DNA of 63,982 nucleotides, counting the filler, from Octopus bimaculoides (lineage: Eukaryota): assembly GCF_001194135.2 (NCBI RefSeq). It is 6 parts of 6 records of this genome, joined end to end, with 100 filler letters (N's around TTAATTAATTAA, not from the genome) between each part and the next. Parts side by side here need not be neighbours in the genome. Positions count along the whole stretch, not along the records: positions 62,721 to 63,982 come from NW_026413290.1; 5 more parts are not named here. The stretch is one strand, 5' to 3'. The number at the start of each line of letters is the position of its first letter. Position 1 is the first letter of the stretch. The position numbers and the translations under genes are program-made. The notes below the pieces were generated by a model that saw only the letters and a list, made by a program, of their open reading frames with translations, was not told the origin of the DNA and made no database searches. Positions 63,742-63,982 of this stretch are shown piece by piece.

Positions 63742-63982
63742 TTTTGAAATTAGTAATTGATATAAAATGGATGCCGGTTTTGTTTAGTGGTCAGACCATA
63801 TGGGGTCTACATCTAGCATAATGGATGTCCACTTAGCGGTCATCCTTCTTATATGTATGTAATATAATTTTTCTGAATCTTCAGATTTTTCAATACGCTA
63901 GGCCACTGGATTTAAATTGATATTAATCAAATTGATATTCAATTTTTCACCCTTATTATTTCAATGTACACACACACACACA

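Overview
Animal nuclear genomic DNA from a gappy draft assembly. It is AT-rich and full of (TA)n/(CA)n/(GA)n/(CAT)n microsatellites and N gaps. The repeat repertoire (tRNA-headed SINEs with a central microsatellite, RTE-LINE 3' ends with GAT tails) points to an octopus or other coleoid cephalopod; this is an inference, no search was run. There are no prokaryotic features (no CRISPR, rRNA or true tRNA). Almost every ORF in the supplied track is a microsatellite or N-gap artefact. Real coding signal: (1) a spliced minus-strand gene for a large Ser/Pro/basic, probably disordered protein with an SxIP motif. It has two well-supported exons (39971-41722, 43249-43485) and a phase-consistent chain of five weaker upstream exons (47.3-54.1 kb), and it is cut off by a scaffold join. 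(2) Weak minus-strand exon candidates at 8.8-16.8 kb that may be a second gene. (3) An RPL21 processed pseudogene. The rest is transposon debris: maT/DD37D with a nested Helitron, mariner fused to a LINE ORF1-like segment, hAT, Tigger, CR1-like, RTE, MITEs and SINEs. The most unusual signals are foldback elements whose arms carry minimal hammerhead-ribozyme-like folds, sharp CpG-decay domains readable from SINE copies, and an exon-intron duplex that could be an ADAR substrate.
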